DNA of 64,000 nt, taken from the NCBI GenBank assembly GCA_977017645.1, contig OZ360246.1, forward strand, positions 26,536,001-26,600,000, read 5' to 3'. The DNA comes from Torpedo marmorata (lineage: Eukaryota). The notes under the pieces were generated by a model. The model worked only from the letters and a program-made list of their open reading frames with translations, ran no database searches and was not told the DNA's origin. This document shows, one piece after another, positions 60,291 through 64,000 of the stretch (position 1 is its first letter; the number at the start of each line of letters is the position of its first letter). Position numbers and translations under genes: made by a program.

Positions 60291-60777
60291 TCGTTCTAAA
60301 CAGCCTACCCCTTATTCTGAGACTGTGACACCCGGCTAAAGACTCTTCATCTAGGGGACATACTGTCCTTGCATCCAGTCTATTGAGCCTTGTGAAAATG
60401 TTCTAAGTTTCATTGAGATCTCCTCTCATACTTTTAGAATACAAGACGATTCCTCTCAATCTCATCTTGTATGACAAAGCTGCTTTCCTTGGAATCACTC
60501 CTCTATGGCAAGCACATGCTTATTTTAGGTGAGGAGACCAAATCTGTACACAATACTCCAGGTGCAGTCTCACCAAGATGCTGTACAATTGCAGTAAGAC
60601 ATCTTTACTGCATTACTCATACCATTTGCCTTCCTAATTCCATGCTACACCTCTATAGAGGTGTAGCATGGAATTACCTAATCTCTCACCATTTAAACAA
60701 AAGTTTTGCTTTTCTGCTTTTTTTCAGCATTGTATTCCCATTCTGCATGCTGGCCAATAACAAACTCTCAATCAGTA

Positions 60778-61012
60778 TTAAATTTTTAAATAATACAGCA
60801 CGGTAACAGGCCCATCCTGCCCACGAGCCCAAGCCTCCCAAATATCCCAATTAACCTACAACCCCCATATGTTTTGAAAGGTGGGAGGAAACCAGATCAC
60901 CCGGAGGAAACCCACGCAGACACGGGGAGAACGTACAAACTCCTTACAGACAGCGCCGGATTTGAACCTGGATCTCTGGAGCTCTAATAGTGTTGCGTTA
61001 ACCGCGCCACCC
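60778..61012 (-). mobile_element. V-SINE (HE1-like)
   Basis: Reverse complement of the SINE consensus. Confidence 0.85.
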
Positions 61013-62084
61013 TCTAATGCCCTAACCTTGTTGACTAACCTGTGTGATACCTGATCCCAAACATTCTCTGAATCCTAATACTGTTTACCACATCCTCAGG
61101 TTCCCTCTTACCTATTTTACAAGTCACATTAGAGAACTTCAGAATATCTCATCCTTATGTTTAAATACCTTCATTGTCTTGTGTTGCCCCAATTGCCCTA
61201 TGTAATTCCATAAATCTCCACATTGTTGCATTTTAACTGTTTCATATGATGCCTCTCCTGCCTGATCCCTTCCCTCCTCATTGCTTTCAGCTAGCTGGGT
61301 GTTGTTCTGTATTTTTTTTCTGTTTTCCTTTGAGATCCACCTTAAAATTACTATGGACCCAGATTATAGTCATCAAGAAACTTGCAAATATGATATTTGG
61401 TCTTCTCAGCCAAATTGTTGATATGGATCATGAAAATCTAGGGCCCAAGCATTAAATATTGCTTTCTGCTGGGTATTATTTTTGTCTAATTGGAACTTGT
61501 GTTGTTTCTTGAGAAAATTTCTGTGTGCAGATGCCAAGTAAATGTGCATTCGTTTCTCCCAGAACCTCGTATTGTTATGTATAGTTTCCTGTGCTTTTCC
61601 CACTAACCACTGAAATGGTAGCCTTGTATTTGGCCACACCTGGAATCTGGGGAGGAAATTAAACCAGCACAATTTTTTTAAACCAAATTTTCTGTCCTTA
61701 ACTCTAAAAGGCATTGATCCAACCAAGTAAGCAATGCTTCTTGAGTGCAAGCCTGATCTCTTTATCAACGTTGCAATGTTAAACAGCAGAGTGTCTCTTT
61801 CCCTCCCCACTCAGAGATTGTGCAACTGCACTTTTTTACAAAGGAAGTGAAGAATCTAATGTTCCATTTTGCCTTCGTCCTGGGACACAGATTAAGTGTT
61901 TTCATTCCAGTTGCTGCTCAACCTGTATTGGTGCCAATTACCAGAGACTTAAACTCTCAATTGTTACACCATCCGGTACCTGTAACTGTGAAGCCTTATA
62001 GCAAAAACAAAGAGATAATTAAACAGTCAGGAACTTAATGTAGCAGACGTTGCAAGGAAATCTTGATATATCTTGTGATATTTT

Positions 62085-62332
62085 AATTTTTAAAAAAATT
62101 TAGACATACAGCAGTGTTACAGGCCCTTCCGGCCCACGAGCCCATCCCGCCCAAATACCCCAATTAACCTATGACCCAGTACGTTTTGAAAGGTGGGAGG
62201 AAACCGGAGCACCTGTCAGAAACCCACGCAGACACGGATAATTCACGGATAACAGACATCGGCAGATTCGAACCTGGGTCGTTGGCGCTGTAATAGCATT
62301 GCGCTAACTGCTACGCTAACCGTGCCACCCCC
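62085..62332 (-). mobile_element. V-SINE (HE1-like)
   Basis: Reverse complement of the SINE consensus. Confidence 0.85.
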
Positions 62333-62904
62333 ATTTGATGTCAAAGGCTAAGTTTTTGGGTTAAAAAGGGTGATAATGCAACTTTCAGATTGGATAATAA
62401 ATTATTGCATTTTGAACATGCTGTATGTAATGGTTAATAGTCCTAAAGGCCAGAAGTGGCCTGAGCAGTTGACAATGGAACCTCTGTTGTTTGCTGTTTG
62501 CACACTTCTGACTATTAACAGGATGCTGTCTGAAGGCTGCAGAAAAGATTAAAATTCGGCAATATGAAAACAGCTGACAACCAGATATACCACAATCCCT
62601 GACTCACTATGGGTTCGGCAGTTGGTGCCGAGCAGTGGAAGCCTTGTGCTGTGGGATAGTGCCCATGAGGAACTCCAAAAATTCATCTTGCACAGGATCC
62701 TAACAGCCAGTATGTAGAATTGATTGTCATCATGTTTTCAGCAAAATGTAAAGTCAACAGCATTCAGCCAACTACACTGCATGTGAGATCTACGTTTTTG
62801 AGTTGCAGTCATCCAGAAATGTAATTTTTAAAAAATGCTTGTTCAATTTTACACAGCTTGTTATCAAATGGCAATCTGGAGATCTTGAACTTCATGGTCA
62901 AGAA

Positions 62905-63016
62905 ATGTCAGTTATTGTCAAATCAGGATCTCTTGTAACAGCCAATTGGCTTAGCTCTGTGGAAGCCCGGGAATATCTGGCAAGCATCTCACGCAAAAAC
63001 AAGAGGAAAATGTTCG
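62905..63016 (+). CDS. CPLANE2: CPLANE2 (RSG1) small GTPase, first coding exon (exon begins at 62857); gene continues beyond the window
   Basis: MSVIVKSGSLVTANWLSSVEAREYLASISRKNKRKMFG resembles the human N-terminus as I recall it (MARPPVPGSVVVPNWHESAEGKEYLACILRKNRRRVFG). Acceptor acacag|62857, donor ttcg|gtgagt, phase 1. CPLANE2 lies downstream of FBXO42 on the same strand in human. Confidence 0.88.
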
Positions 63017-63459
63017 GTGAGTAGGGATTTATTGATGGTCACAGAGCATAGGTGTGTTTCTAACAACTATTTCTCTTCATATAAAGGCAGAAAAAGACTA
63101 GCTGGTTCATTATAACTTTCTGTTCAGGAATTTGATTTGTTTAATTAATTTCCACAGTTTCCTTTATCCAGGAAGCATACCTTTTACGACCTAGCATATT
63201 TTCAAAGTCCCACCTCCTAAATATAACCACTATATAGGACACACAGAGCTAATTTAATCTATATCCTTCCATAATGGTCCAGAAATTGTATAAAAATTGT
63301 GTTGGTCTTGCTATTGGTGCGTTTATTTGGAAGTTGATGTGGTCTCGATAATTCATGAGATGTATCCATGCTGTTTATATCAATTGAACACGTGTATCTA
63401 TCCTTAGGAACTAGAATCTTTATGATATTTCAGCTTTAGGAATATGTTAGCTGAATTGA

Positions 63460-63940
63460 TTTCAGATTTATTGTCAGAGTACAGACATGACATCACAGAT
63501 TCTTTTTCCTGCGGGTGAGGCAGAATTGCCACTTATTGGTAGTGCAAAAAAATGTACACATGTAAACAAATAAACAAATGTAAACAAACTGACTGTCCAA
63601 TACAGAGAGCAAGTAAAAAATGGAAAATAAGAATCCTCAAAGGAATCCCTGATTGAGTTTGTTGTTGAGGAGTTGGATGGTGGAGGGGTAGCAGCTGTTC
63701 CTGAATCTGGTGGTGCGAGTCTTGTGGCACCTATACCTCTTTCCTGATGGTAGCAGCGAGAAAGAGCGTGTGTTGGGTGGTGTGAATCCTTGATGATTGC
63801 TGCTGCTCTCTGACAGCAGCGTTCCCTGTAGATGTTCTCGATGGTGGGGAGGGTTTTGCCTGTGATGTCCTGGGCTGTGTCCACTACCTTTTGCAGGGCT
63901 TTCCGCTCAGGGGTATAGGTGTCCCCATACCAGACCGTGT
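63460..63940 (-). mobile_element. Rex1/Babar-like LINE 3' end (related tail at ~20255-20400)
   Basis: ORF 63474..63884 AQDITGKTLPTIENIY...AAAIIKDSHHP. Confidence 0.8.
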
Positions 63941-64000
63941 CATTGGAATTTAAATTTTGAATTTTTTTTCGTTTAGTTTTGTAGGTTCGCGTTATGGAAT

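Noticed and set aside
63985-64000. Candidate next CPLANE2 exon after tttgtag
   Set aside because: In the required phase it reads GSRYG, not the expected GLLERP-like sequence; only 16 nt are visible.

Overview
Vertebrate genomic DNA, most likely a cartilaginous fish (inferred from HE1/V-SINE-like SINEs and the CR1, Rex/Babar and Penelope-like repeat complement); the species cannot be determined from this window. It holds the complete coding sequence of FBXO42 on the + strand: 9 coding exons, 5449-38980, all GT-AG introns, 2169 nt, 722 aa. Downstream lie a CpG-rich promoter-like region with an RFX X-box and CRE sites (~54.3-54.85 kb) and the first coding exon of CPLANE2/RSG1 (62905-63016), the same gene order as in human. 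The rest is largely transposable elements: a full-length but frameshifted Ty3/Gypsy provirus, two solo LTRs with 5-bp TSDs, L1, CR1, Rex/Babar, RTE and Penelope-like fragments, Tigger/pogo and hAT MITEs, and V-SINEs. The most interesting observations: (1) a family of short fold-back Penelope-derived elements carrying minimal hammerhead-ribozyme motifs and 11-14 bp TSDs; (2) one such element that received three independent insertions; (3) inverted solo LTRs flanking the first three FBXO42 coding exons, whose back-spliced 510-nt circle would be a stop-free rolling ORF; (4) a sense solo LTR with TATA box and splice donor that could give FBXO42 an alternative first exon; (5) an LTR-type minisatellite inside a DNA transposon. 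All family assignments are from motif recognition by eye, not database searches.
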